Positions 1 to 11,940 of a DNA stretch of 64,000 nt are shown one piece after another. Origin of the DNA: Acanthaster planci (Eukaryota); assembly GCF_001949145.1 (NCBI RefSeq), contig NW_019091361.1, forward strand, positions 977,452 through 1,041,451. Reading direction: 5' to 3'. The position numbers and the translations under genes were made by a program. Each line of letters opens with the position of its first letter. Within the stretch, counting starts at the first letter, position 1. The notes below the pieces were generated by a model, which had not been told where the DNA came from, made no database searches, and saw only the letters and a list, made by a program, of their open reading frames with translations.

Positions 1-331
1 CTACAAAAACCCAGGCCGAGTCCGAAGCTTGATTACTATTCAAGGGGTGTCTTAGGGGTGGGAATTTTTTTTTTAAATGAGGCGACTAACACTTGTGAAA
101 TTAAAAATGTCTTAGCGGTCACAATAATCATCATCCGGTAATCATCATCAGCAATGTGTCCGGACTCGGGTTTACGTGAAGTACCCCGAGTTGGAACTAT
201 ACCGCACCACCAATCAGCCCCTCAACCTACCGAGCCCTCATGCAACAACACATACACGCACCACTCGGACTTAGGCACAGTCACACTAGGCTAGGTGACT
301 TTAACCCTTGCACAGGATTCTCGACCCTTAC

Positions 332-450
332 CTAGCCCGCCCCAGGATCAGCCCTTGTATGATCAGGACGACTAAATCTTGCTTGCGCGCGCATTTTATA
401 GATTTCGCGCTGCTCTGACCACGCCCGCACTCACGTGACCAAGCAGTGAC
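332..450 (-). other. Probable first exon of a gene transcribed divergently from SRFBP1; the rest lies left of the window
   Basis: Strong minus-strand donor CTAG|GTAAGG at 332/331 next to a CpG-rich promoter-like region. The 5' end of the exon is approximate. Confidence 0.45.
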
Positions 451-640
451 TTCCGTTGCCCTATGCGATATCGCACAAGGCGGAGCCTATGCGCCGCGCT
501 TGCTCAACACACAGCCATGCGCGCCTAACATCTGCCTCTGTTATATACTGGGCAGAGCGCCAGCTATAACTTTGCACCGTGCCTAGTGACTAGCGCCCTC
601 TGTCACATCACAATACGCAATGGTGCAGGCAGGCCTAGGC
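420..640. promoter_or_regulatory. CpG-rich housekeeping-type promoter region, possibly bidirectional
   Basis: Contains TCACGTGA (E-box), ACTTCCG (ETS-type), GCGC-rich NRF1-like words and TAGCGCCCTCTG. CpG density is much higher than in the flanking DNA. Confidence 0.45.
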
Positions 641-1088
641 TGAAATTCTGCTTGCGCCGGCCAAGTCACCACTTGCAATGCACTCAAATTCTCTACGAAA
701 CAGAGCATTTTGTGGCCCATGAACTTGAAGGTTTGTAGAAAACGTAGGTTGCCAGCTTGTGTCTTGGTGAGATTTGGAAAAAATTGGTGCCTGAAAACAG
801 TTTTTCGACCACGGGCATCGATTTTTCAAATAAAAATGGCGAGGGGCTTCACAGCTGCTTTGTAGGGACGACCTTCTGAGGAAATAATTTCATAAAAAGT
901 CATCATTTAATGAATAGAAGTTCGAAAAGAAATCGAACAAAATGAGCTTTTATTTGATGTGTGTCTTGAACGCCTGAAATACAAACCCTGGGTATTTTTC
1001 TTGATCTTTTGAAGTTCAAGTATTTATCACTGTTGGCTATAATGACAATTTATTTACTGGCGCCCAGCCTCAGCTAGCTGGCACATAA

Positions 1089-1318
1089 GGCGTGTCCGAA
1101 ACGGGCTTCCAGAGCTACGGCTGGGTCTATTGTCTACACGTCTCCGCGCATTTCCAATGGGACGAAGACCTAGACCTAGCTCTAGACAAGAAATGCTAAG
1201 GCTGCATCCAAATCTGTTGTCTAGAGTTAGGTCTGGGTCTTCGCTCCATTGAAAGTAAGTGGAGACGCGTAGACAATAGACCTAGCCGTAGCTCTGGAAG
1301 CCCGTTTCGGACGCGGCC
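1089..1318. mobile_element. Palindromic MITE-like element
   Basis: About 100-bp imperfect inverted arms: GTCCGAAACGGGCTTCCAGAGCTACGGCT...GTCTATTGTCTAC / GTAGACAATAGAC...AGCCGTAGCTCTGGAAGCCCGTTTCGGAC. Confidence 0.75.
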
Positions 1319-1619
1319 CTGAGCCGAGTAAGAGACATCGTTAAGTTGGCATACCGCCCTCATTCGACCCTTCTGCAACACATGGTCTGCATGAGGAAAG
1401 GGGGCCGCATAACGCGAACGGGTAATGTGTTGTACTACAAATTACAATTACGCGTGAGGATTGACAACTGATTTCTGCTCCGGCCTTATTTGACTTTGAG
1501 CTAGCTCTATCGTTTCTCGTGTGTCGGCTGCTCTGTAAATGGAGATGAATATCAAATAGGCCTACACACCATGTAGTTGAATGTATTGAGTAAATCTAGT
1601 TTGAAGTTACAAATACAAG

Positions 1620-4600
1620 ATGGATAAAGTGCAGTTCAATAATGAGGTAGGCCAGGCCGGCCAAAAGTTAGTAGGTAACATGGAGGAAGGAAAACTTCCT
1701 CCATGGTAGCCCCACTAGTGGGGCACGGACTCTCACTCCCGATCCATCCTTGATGGGTCGGGAGTGAGAGTCTGTGCCACACTAGTGGGGTTACCTCCAT
1801 GGTAGGTAATAAGCATGCCGCATGTATGGGCCGAGGTTTATAGAGCAGTACTAGCCTAGTATTTTATTTTATTTATTGTTATTATTATGTAGTTAATCGG
1901 TAGGGGCTATCATTACATTAACATGATTAACAACAGTGAGTTAATAATATGACATATTAGTGTTATCGCTAAGGTGATTTTGCACAATGATAGATCATGG
2001 AGATAGGCATTGGGAAGGCAAAAGGAGAAAACGTTGCCCCTTTTTCATTTTTTTCTTCTCACTGTCACTGTCAATCAGACATTGGCTTCTTAATGGAACT
2101 TTTCAGCAGCCAATCAGCAAGGTTCTACCAACTGAGCTTGGACTCCATGGCCATGTTTATGTGTAACTTGCTTTGAATGTTTTGCTGTTCCGGCACTACC
2201 TAAATTCATATGTATTACTCCTTTCAGGTTGTCAACTTGAGGAACGTTGTGAAAAGGGTGAAAGTACTCAGTGCACACTCTCTAACAAGGCAGATTACAA
2301 GGCTTCGAAAGAAAAAGTAGGAATTTCTGAATAAAATGAATACAAGTGATTCATAATAGAGTTTGCAACGCATTGGCCAACCACAACGCGCGAAATCTGT
2401 TGAACCTTTCCAAACGCCCATTTGGTCGACGGATCTCACGCACTGTGATTGGCCAACGTGTTGCAAACTCTTGGAGGCGCACCGTTGTGAAACGCCTGTA
2501 TTGTTTTCCTTCATGTCAGTCAGTAATGACTAAACCTTGTTCCCTGGTTTGCTGGTGCAGGGTAGCTTGTTCAGATAGCAAAACATGTTGATTTTACACA
2601 GTAAATGTATGCATTGATCTGTCATGGTCTCTCAATCAGTTTGTTAACCACTTAGAGCCGGGTGTCCCCGAATGCGGACCCATTCGTCTAATTCACACAG
2701 CCGGGTGGCCTAAGTTGGGGACAGGAATGACTGCTATGAGTCACCATAGGCTGTAAGCGTATTGTGAAGCACAATGGCATGAAGGACCGCAGCGCTCTAA
2801 GCCAGCCTGGCCGACGAATGCATCGTCCAGCCTGCCCATTGTTTGTCATTCCTGGGGGCTGAAGGCAAACAAACAAGCTGTTATGTAACTCCATAATAGA
2901 CGTAACAATGGTGACAAGTAAGGTGAATACGAATGTTAAAGTCAAATTCATAAAGCACCGCCCGGCAGCTTGTGATTCAAGGGACTGTTTTACCCGGCGG
3001 CAAGTGGTTAAATGCTGTTTTGTGTGTATGCTCTTTAAATAACGTTACTTGTTGATATCAGAAATTTTTAGTGTCCGGAATAAATGTATTTGGAATTCCA
3101 CTGACACTCATTCAATTTGTAGAGTTACTAAATACATGTACAGTATACAATAGCGGACCCTTGTGATTTGCTGCACTTTCTGCAACGATACCTGAAAACT
3201 CTCCAAACCGTTGAACAGGGGCTCAGAGCAGCAGTTGCTGAAGAACAAGAGACGAGCGGAGAGGTTTGTGGCAGAGATAGAAGCCATGAAAGACCTTCAG
3301 CCAGACACTGTCACCAAGAAGGCTGTGACTATTAAAAGGTCCCTTCAAGATGTCCTCAACAACGTACGCTTCTGTCATTTTGCGCTCCTATTATTTGTCA
3401 TTATTGTAGTCAGACCAAAATTTTCTTTAAGATAAAGGCACTTGCCTTGACTTGACCCCCAAAACCTGAAGCAGACTGAGAAACCAATATTTTTCTAATA
3501 ATCAACTAATTAGCTGACTCCAAGATCATCTCTCAGGACAATCCAAATGGGCCCCTTTAATTGGCAGAAAGCTTTGTGTTGGGTCTTGTACAGTGTGACT
3601 GTGAAAGTGGCTGTGTATCATAGTTACCACAAAGCTTTCCGCCATTGGTTAGGGCCACTGTAAACGATCATGGTCATTAGATTCGTCGGTAGAGACAGGA
3701 AAATCAGCCAGTCTTTTACATGTACACGTAGCATGAAAGGAATTTATGCCCTGGATGCCTAAAAGTGAAGGACAAGGGGAAATCCACTGTCATCCACGTA
3801 TTGGACACCCATCTCTGTTATTCCTAAATTGGGCAGAATTTCGTGACATTGCTAAATAAGTTGTGCTTACTTCAGTCGAAAATTTCGCTTACTGATTTCA
3901 TGGAGTGGTTTTGCTAGTGGTAGCGCACACATGTCACTAAGTTAAGCAAGTTCTTACTCTGAGATAAACAGGCCTTTTGCTGTGTTTAGTGCTAACAGTC
4001 TCAATGATGTACGTGGAGCCTCTGTTAGCATAAACTTGGTGCTAAGCAGGGCCATGAAATTAGGCTCTGATGTCACCAAAAGGAGCAGTAAAACTTGGAC
4101 GACAAGACTGCTGCAAAGTATCGTTCTTCTTGTACATGTGCCTATTTAAACTGAAAGTCGTGGTTGATTTTGCTTTGGGATATCTGGTGTTACTGATTTT
4201 TTGTCAGATTTTGTTACGTGTGATCCTTGATCTGTTGTTGTTTTTAGCCAAAGTCCACTGCAAAGGATCGAGTGTTGGTACGAATTATCTACCACAAACT
4301 CATACAAGAAAGGGTGTCGAGATTTAAAGGTAAGAGCTTTCTTTTTGCCCTAATGCTGGTACTTAAGGATTATGTGGAAAGTTGTATTAAATTTGGAAAG
4401 TGGGGTATATTTTAATTTCTTAACTAAAATTATGGCAAAGGAGACAAAGTTTTAGAAGAATCTTGGCAGTTACTTGAAACAAACAAGGAAAGAATTCCAT
4501 GTACGGGTGTCATGAATTTTTGCCAGCAGTGACTTACCGCATTAGCCGTCTGAAAGCAATCAACTGTCCTAAAAAGACAAATTCAGCAGTGAAAATAGGG

Positions 4601-7600
4601 AGTTACAGGTATTCACTTAGAAAACACTTCAAATTTTTCAGAGCAGTCTCCTAGGGTTTTGCGCAGGGTGTCAAGCAGCATGCCTATATGCCATTCTTTC
4701 AACAACCCAACAGCCAAAAGTTGTACATGGACTTTCTTTCAAGATATTTCAAGGGGAAACAGGCCCTCGGGTGAAAGGAAAAGGGCATTAATTATTTGTC
4801 GCCGTGAACATCACAGCAGCCGTAGTGTTTAGTTCAGTAATAATTTGGTGTAGCTGAGTGTTTGACCGAGTCTGAATGTCTTACATGTAGCTTTGGAAGT
4901 GGTGCACCCAGGGTTTGTCGTTGGGGGAGGACTTGGACCGGAATTCACCCCCTCCCCCAAATGATGCTCACCTACCCCTCCCCTGGGTGCACCACTGAGC
5001 TTTGATCAGCAACATGTATGCTCCCATGGAAGCCACTAGCTTGCATTTGTATCCATTTCTCACAGAGGTACATGTGGCAACTGTCAAGACTCTCAAAGGC
5101 AGCTATAGGCCGTGTCCAAATTACGCAAGTCTACTGTTGCCAAGGTTCATAGAGTCCTGTGTAATTTCAAGCTGTAGCCAAGTAATTCAGACATTTATAT
5201 AACGGGTTTTGCCCTTACCCAACGTATANGAACCCACGACCTCCTGCTTACTAGTGCAGATGTCTTAACCAAATTAAGATCTCCCCAACACAAAATACAT
5301 CTTGAAATAATTCAGACAAGGCCTTAGATACACCTGTGCCTTCTGTCATGTTGTCATGCACCGTATGTGGGTCATTCTATAAATTTGGGCTCTAATTTCT
5401 TTGTCATGTCCCTGTCACATCTGACATGAATCTGTAGGTTAAGATCACATTCTTCAATTTCCAAGAGTGATTGAGTAATGCAAATTACCTGCCACACAAG
5501 TCAAAATGGTTTGACCTCAGTTTCATTGATTGGGTTGGGTTGGCTGTAACAGGACATATTGGAGCTGTACATTCAAACCCAAAATTTACTGAGTGATCCA
5601 TTTTTCCCATGTACTTGACCCCACATATTGGCCTCTGATATTGTTTTTAAGTTTTATTCAGTAGTTCTCATGGCTGTTTATAGACAGTGCCAACAAAGTT
5701 TCAGATTTTTTTGTATTACAGACATGGTCACCAAGGACCTGCTCATGACCGGAACCAAGAAGCACCGACGTCTCCGCAAGAGCAAATTTGAAGCAGAGGC
5801 CGAAGCCAGACTGAAGGAGGAGGAAGATTATCACGTCACCTTGGAGCAGATGATGACACTGGATAAGATAAAGGGGGCTGAAAGTGACAAGGACGATGGC
5901 AGTGAAGATGATAGTGACGAAGATTTGCAAGTGACCTTCGGGAAGATAAGAACATTGGATGAGAGGAAACAAGGTGATGAAAGGGAGCATGATTATGATG
6001 AAGATGCTCAGCTCACTTGGGAGAAGATGAAGATAAAGGAGAAGATGCATCGGGACAGGGAGAACAGTGATGATGATTCAGCAGAGTCTGAGAATGGAGA
6101 TGGAGCTATAAAACAGTCATTCCGTGAACGCAACACAGAAAAATTGGAACCAGTTGCCGAAGACAGTATTGTTTCTGATATTCCACAGTCAAGAAAGACT
6201 GGGAAGAGAAAACTGGACTCAATGTTTTTAGGAAGCCTGTCAAGTATGCAGGATGATGACATCACACAGATGTTACAGACAACAAAGAAAGAGTCCCAGA
6301 AGCAAAAAGTCAAAGCAAAGTAAGTGGCATGGGTGATGTAATGCCACTGCCAACTGCGTTACTAGGTGTATGGGGGGTGCTTCCTCAGTTGACCTCTTGC
6401 TTTTCTAACAAAATTGAAGGTGGAACTACAGTTTTGTACGTGTACATGAACTACATGTACATGGACATGTTCTGTGCATGTATATGTACATGTAGTTCAT
6501 GTACATGTAGTTGATGTACATGTTCTGTTCATGTACATGATGGCATGTACATACACATTGTTTGGGTCTATTATTTGTGGATGATAGGAAGTATTCCATT
6601 CCTCTGCCTTAATGCCAGTGTACTATTTCAAAAATTTACAAGATTTCAAATATCTTTTTTGTCCCCCAGGCGACTGCAGAAGCAACAGCCAAATGTGAGA
6701 GCAGCCCAAGAGAGTTCTCGATCACCACCAGAAACAAAGAAGCAGAAGGTCCCCATGGTGGACCAACCAAACCCCGTCAGACAAACCACGGCGGAGAAAT
6801 TGATACCCGGTATCAACTGCCACCCAGATCTCCCGCCGAGACACACTCGCAGAGGTCAGGTTTCTTTTACAATCCCTAATAGTATCAGTGAGTAACTTTG
6901 TACAGAAGCAAATGCAAGTGCTAATCATAGGAAGAGTGAACAAAGTGCACTGCATTGCATGCATAGGACCGGGGGGGGGGGGTTAGCGTAGTGGTTCTTT
7001 CCTCGCTTTGCACCAATGAGGCTCGGGTTCGAGTCCTGGCTTGGCCCAAGCTTTAAGTGCATCTGGTTTCCAACCCATACTCACTCTCGCAGGTTTTCTC
7101 TGGGTACTCCGGTTTCCTCTTGCCTCTAAAACTGGACCTTCTTCCTAAGTCCATAATGTTATGCTGGTTATTATAAAGGTTATGAATAAACATATAGTTA
7201 TTGGCACAAATAGCCTGAGAAACAATAACATGCATACGAGGACTGACTTCCATGCTCAAGCCCAAATACTTGAGTGCTGCAAGATTTAACTGAAAGAGGG
7301 AATAACTGAGGAAAATTCATTTGCATGTGTACTGCAGCATTCATACGTCTGTGTTATGAGGTACATGTAATATTATCAGCAATGTCCACACCGTGTAAAT
7401 GAATAACAGAAAAATGAAAAAAAAAGTTACGTAATACGGGCGATTCACAATAGTGCGCCCCCAAGAGTCTGCAACACATTGGCCAATCACAACGCGCGAA
7501 ATTTGTTGACCCTTTCTGAACGTGCATTGGGTCGACAGATTTCGCACGCTGTGATTGGCCAACGCGTTGCAGACTCTTGGTGGCGCACTATTGTGAATCG

Positions 7601-8079
7601 CCCGTATTATATTTACAATCACTCTCCCCTCTGCAAAGTTTCAGGGACCAGAAAAATTACATTGCTGTAACCAGGACGTTGTTATAAAAAGAGTGGAAAA
7701 ACTAAGAAAAACAAGAATTATAGGAATTTAGGGATTGGCAGAATTTGCTCTTCATAACAAGATTTTGTTATATCAGGGTTCGTTATATCTTGAGTTCACG
7801 GTCTGTTTTTTTCTTCCTGCAGATGTCCTTGAGAAAAAATCCCACAAACTCTTCCCCAGCAGACTCCAGAGCAAGCAGATGTTGGCCAGTCAGTCCAGAC
7901 AGAAAGCCCTGCAGCGCCCAGCTCAAGCCAGATATCCCACCGCTGCCACCGTTTCATCCCAGAAGGGAGCCCCTGCCCAAGAAACCCTTCATCCCTCCTG
8001 GGAGGCCAGCAAGAAGCGCAAAGAGGAGTCCAAAATTGTACCATTTCAGGGAAAGAAAATTACCTTTGATGAAGACTGA
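1620..8079 (+). CDS. SRFBP1: Serum response factor-binding protein 1 (SRFBP1/Bud22 family), about 471 aa. Coding exons: 1620-1646, 2228-2316, 3219-3363, 4248-4329, 5722-6319, 6670-6887 (alternative donor after 6854), 7823-8079
   Basis: All introns are GT-AG with compatible phases. The spliced protein begins MDKVQFNNE-VVNLRNVVKRVKVL...[35 protein letters not shown], continues PKSTAKDRVLVRI, has an acidic middle, then RKLDSMFLGSLS, and ends LHPSWEASKKRKEESKIVPFQGKKITFDED. These match human SRFBP1 motifs as I recall them (LNNEVVKMRKEVKR; LHPSWEASRRRKE...FQGKKITFDD). Confidence 0.93.
1679..1805. repeat. Nested hairpins in SRFBP1 intron 1 (near-perfect palindrome 1705-1795)
   Basis: GGTAGCCCCACTAGTG...CTCTCACTCCCGATCCATC / GATGGGTCGGGAGTGAGAG...CACTAGTGGGGTTACC, flanked by direct copies of CCTCCATGGTAG. 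A small hairpin CATGGAGGAAG...CTTCCTCCATG precedes it. Confidence 0.75.
2339..2502. mobile_element. Palindromic MITE, family A, copy 1
   Basis: Homologous to 7432-7609 (TGCAAC.CATTGGCCAA.CACAACGCGCGAAAT...TGTGATTGGCCAACG.GTTGCA.ACTCTTGG). Confidence 0.8.
2644..3011. mobile_element. Non-autonomous piggyBac-like element (TTAA target duplication)
   Basis: TTAA-CCACTT..GCCGGGT ... ACCCGGC..CAAGTGG-TTAA. Its termini are related to those of 16855-17451. Confidence 0.7.
6435..6555. repeat. Degenerate (TACATG)n low-complexity tract
   Basis: Many overlapping TACATG/GTACAT words. Confidence 0.7.
6979..7155 (+). mobile_element. tRNA-derived SINE
   Basis: A box TAGCGTAGTGG and B box GGTTCGAGTCC, followed by the widespread SINE core GGGTACTCCGGTTTCCT. 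I could not fold a complete tRNA cloverleaf. Confidence 0.7.
7432..7609. mobile_element. Palindromic MITE, family A, copy 2
   Basis: Terminal inverted repeats TAATACGGGCGATTCACAATAGTGCGCC / GGCGCACTATTGTGAATCGCCCGTATTA. The whole element is an imperfect palindrome. Confidence 0.85.
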
Positions 8080-8268
8080 TGAAACCATGGTGTCATATAC
8101 ATGCAGCCTCTTCTCAAAGACTGGACCAGTTCCCTTCTTCATTGGGCCTGTTGGCACTGGAGGCTCTTTTCGTCCTCATCTAAATGCCCATCTTCCCATT
8201 TTTCCCCTTCATATGGTGTCAAAATTTACTCACTGAAACTCACTGATACATCATAAATCTGGAGGAGA

Positions 8269-8403
8269 ATAGAGTACCGGAGTGAATATGTTACGTGCAA
8301 AATGATGTGTGTAAAAGGCATCAGTGCAAGAACCAACAAGTGCATACTCCATTAGTTTGCACGACACCTCCTGATTCAACATGGTGTCACGCTTTGGTAC
8401 TCT
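8269..8403. mobile_element. MITE family B, copy 1 (in SRFBP1 3' region)
   Basis: ATAGAGTACCGGAGTG...CACGCTTTGGTACTCT. Internally homologous to 14738-14887 and 26388-26531. Confidence 0.7.
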
Positions 8404-8748
8404 TTAACCCTATGTGCTGATGGTTAATGCAGTGCTTACCGCAGTGCATCATGGGATACAGTGGGAGAACATCGTATGCCACGAGTAGGGAGATGGTACA
8501 CATAGGAATTACATTCGATCACAAGGAGTAATAGGAGCAGTTGTACCTTCTCCAGTTGAAGATAATTCTTCAGATTTGAAACAATGGTTTGAAAATTGTT
8601 GTCGCTGGAATTAACCGTATTCACATGCTCATGGTGACAGTATAATGCAAGGATGACGCTCATTTTACCCTAGCATACATCGCAGTAACCACCGTGTAAC
8701 ATCACGAGTACATAAGGCAGCTGCTCTGACAACAGCAAATAGGGGTAA
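8404..8748. mobile_element. Degenerate piggyBac-like MITE
   Basis: TTAA-CCCTATGTGCTG ... CAGCAAATAGGG-GTAA. Confidence 0.55.
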
Positions 8749-8967
8749 CAGTAAATTAACGACTCGATGTAAGTCAAGCCGTCGTAGACACCAAGGGAAG
8801 CTCAAGTCAACTATCAACCCAAAATAAACAGTGTCCCATGTATATTTATTTTACCATATGCCAGACACATTCAGTTGTCGTTACAAGTTCAGGCACAAGT
8901 GAAAGGCGTGTGTGTGTCCCCGTCCGTTCATGTACAGTGTGCATAAAAGCACAGCCGCAGCTACACT

Positions 8968-9033
8968 CATCTTTTTGGACTTCACCCATGCAACAGTTCT
9001 CATCTTTTTGTACTTCACCCATGCAACAATTCT
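8968..9033. repeat. 33-bp tandem duplication
   Basis: CATCTTTTTGGACTTCACCCATGCAACAGTTCT followed by CATCTTTTTGTACTTCACCCATGCAACAATTCT. Confidence 0.9.
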
Positions 9034-11940
9034 ATGACCTCTTCTGGGGAACTGTTCAGTACTTGCACGTATTTATTTTACTTGTGCGCAGTGTGCACCT
9101 GATAAACAGCAAGGACGTAGCAACTGACACATGATGAATTAACCAGTAAGAGTTCAGCTCTCAATCATGAATATGTACATGCGTGATAACCTGTAATGTG
9201 CTTCAGTAGAGTGAAACTTTAGACTTCAGATTGGCACATTTTTAAGACCTAAACAAAATCTTCTGGACACCTCACTTATTTAATTTCCATGAAATCAGTT
9301 TTATTGTAAATATACTCGTTTCCTTTCATGTTGTATTTTGTTGGCATTGCGTAAAAAAAGTCCCTGTGTACAAGATTCATTCTTGAGTTAAACGAGTCGA
9401 CTTAACGTCTTCTTTTTGTAAACATACTCTCCTGCCACTGTCCAATAAAACTGGAAGGTTTGTGGCTGCTTTCTTAGCCAGTGTTTATCATCCTAAACGG
9501 GCTAATCACAACAAAGGAACCTTGCATTAAATATAGAATGTGGGAAAACACTGGATCGATCCCTGTGTGACCACTCACAGCAGTGACTGCCCAACTAAAG
9601 TCTGATGTACATTCACATCTGTAGCATGCAGTGTGATTACCCATGTGGGCAATAAGCAGAGTTTAACTGATTGGTCAGCGGAGTTTCAGAAGGTCAGGTT
9701 ATCTAAGCTTTCCAGGCCTGGCGTTTGGCCCCTCTGTGGAGGACGTTCTTCAGAGCCTCCACACGGGAGGAAATGTGACTGAATAGTGCTTCCAAAATCA
9801 ACAGGATAACTAGGGCTAGGCATTCGTACGCATACCTACCTACATTGTCACTTCATGCATTTCTAAATGAAAATACTGGCAAGCATTCAAGCAATGTAAA
9901 GATATAAAAAAATCATAACAGTGTGTCTGCTGTAACATAAACTTACTACATGTATGTAAATAATGCTAATAGTACTTTGAAGGAAACAAAATTGAATACT
10001 TGAATTTGAAGAAAATAATTAATTTGATATTACCAGCTAATTCCATGAGAGTCTGCTACATTAAGTATGTGCTACAATGGGTCCAGCAATATTACGTTCT
10101 TGAAGTGTGGACTGCAGTTTGCTAGCGCACTGAAGAAATGTCACCTGCATCAAAGTGCATGTGTGGACATTCATCTGTCTTCTCCCACTAGGATAACTCC
10201 TTCGAGCTGGATTTCTCATGATTTCCCGGACTGATCCTCTTCATTTTGCCACAGATAACCCTGACGCCAAAATGCCCCAGAAGCTGTTTTTCAGAGGGGA
10301 AACGTTGCGCTAATCTTATATACCTAGTGTGGACTTGTGAACAAAAGATGTCCACACAATACAGGAAAGAAAGACGTTCTGTGGACTTACATATGTCCAC
10401 AGGATGTTTCTGCTTCTCAGAAAAAGAAGTTTAGAAGTTTTTGTGCAGAGGTCCACACTATGTATGAAAACCTGCACACAATATACATGTACATGTATAC
10501 ATGCATGCAATGTTACCGGCCGCTGTGGAAGGACTTACATCTACATGTACAGCTATGCTGACACAACTACTCTGATGTTTGATCATTTAAAATCAACTTG
10601 ATTTCAGATTCTTCCGCCCACTTAAGAGTTAATGGTTGATACTTGTCAAAGATTGAGCTACCGTAAGTATAGGTTGCATGTTAATTAAAAAAATCAGCAT
10701 TTATACAGCATGATTTCATTCAGCATTTTAGCTGCATTGATTGCTTGTAATGTAGGGGCTGTCTGTGTAGAAACTCACAAGCTGAAAATCTAGTCGCTGT
10801 GAGCAGCCCAGACCAATTTCAGTTGCTTTTATCAAGGTTACGCTTACATCCTAATGCGTGAGCACTTCCACTGACCTCAAATCCATAGAGATCAGTCGAG
10901 GGCACACAATACCGAGGCACAAAGAGGCATAAAGTAACAAGAAAAAGCAGGAAATATGCGGGGGACAGTTGGTGTGCACAGATATGACGAGGAATAGGAC
11001 ACAAAGGCCGGGGACTGAATACATGGACATGAACTCAAGCCAGTTGTAGAACAAAATACAGGTACCAGTTAAAAATGCATGACAACCAGAGAACCAACAG
11101 CCTAAATGTTTCATTTCAGAAATTCAGACATCTGCGGCTGACGTGTCTACTGCTGATGTAAACCTCTTGAGGTAACTATGCCAGGGGTGAGATTTGTCTG
11201 GCTATTTAGAAAAGTATTCAGGATTTATGGATTTTTCTATTGGGCATAGCATTACCAGAACTAGAGGTAGTGTTTTCCAAATTTTGCATGAAAATGAATG
11301 CAGGACTTGTACAAGTTGAGTTTTCAGTAGTATGCATACTCTTGTATGTGTTGTTACTCCCGCTGGAATGCAATAGAATACTTCTTGAAATGGAGGATTG
11401 GGGGACAAACTGAAATATTTTTCTCCGCATTGTTCAGTTTCCTCACTATCCCCTGCTTTTTTTTGTTGATCTACATAAAAATGCAAGTAAAGAAAAGCAA
11501 CCAGCTTGTCAGTAAAGCTTACCAGGAAAATTCTCAGTGTTTAAACAAGTGACAGCAATATGCCAAGAGGGTGGAAAATCCGCTTCAACATCATGCCAAC
11601 ACGGAAGTAATCATACACATTCAGCAAAACAGCTTTGATGGAACTTGCCCTTGCTTATAAAACATATCAAAAGGTGTATAAAAAATACTGGACAGCAGAA
11701 TCCACCTAACTCTGAATCACTACATAAATGCTTTGCAGAGTTACTAAAGACAAAAGAGTTTATATCATAAAAATCGCCAACAGGAGGTAAATTGTTCCAC
11801 ATTTATAAACAAGTAAACTGATGCAAATAAAACCCACTGAATATGCAGCTTGATTAAAAAATACTAAGACAAGCCTTCACATATATTGCACTTTAAAGTC
11901 ACAGTGATAAAACCAGTTGTTTCAGACTAGGTCAGTGATT

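Noticed and set aside
6979..7050. Functional tRNA gene
   Set aside because: A and B boxes are present, but I could not form a full cloverleaf and the sequence continues into a SINE core.
7745..8236. 163-aa ORF overlapping the last SRFBP1 exon
   Set aside because: Alternative frame. The conserved SRFBP1 C-terminus is in the 7735-8079 frame.
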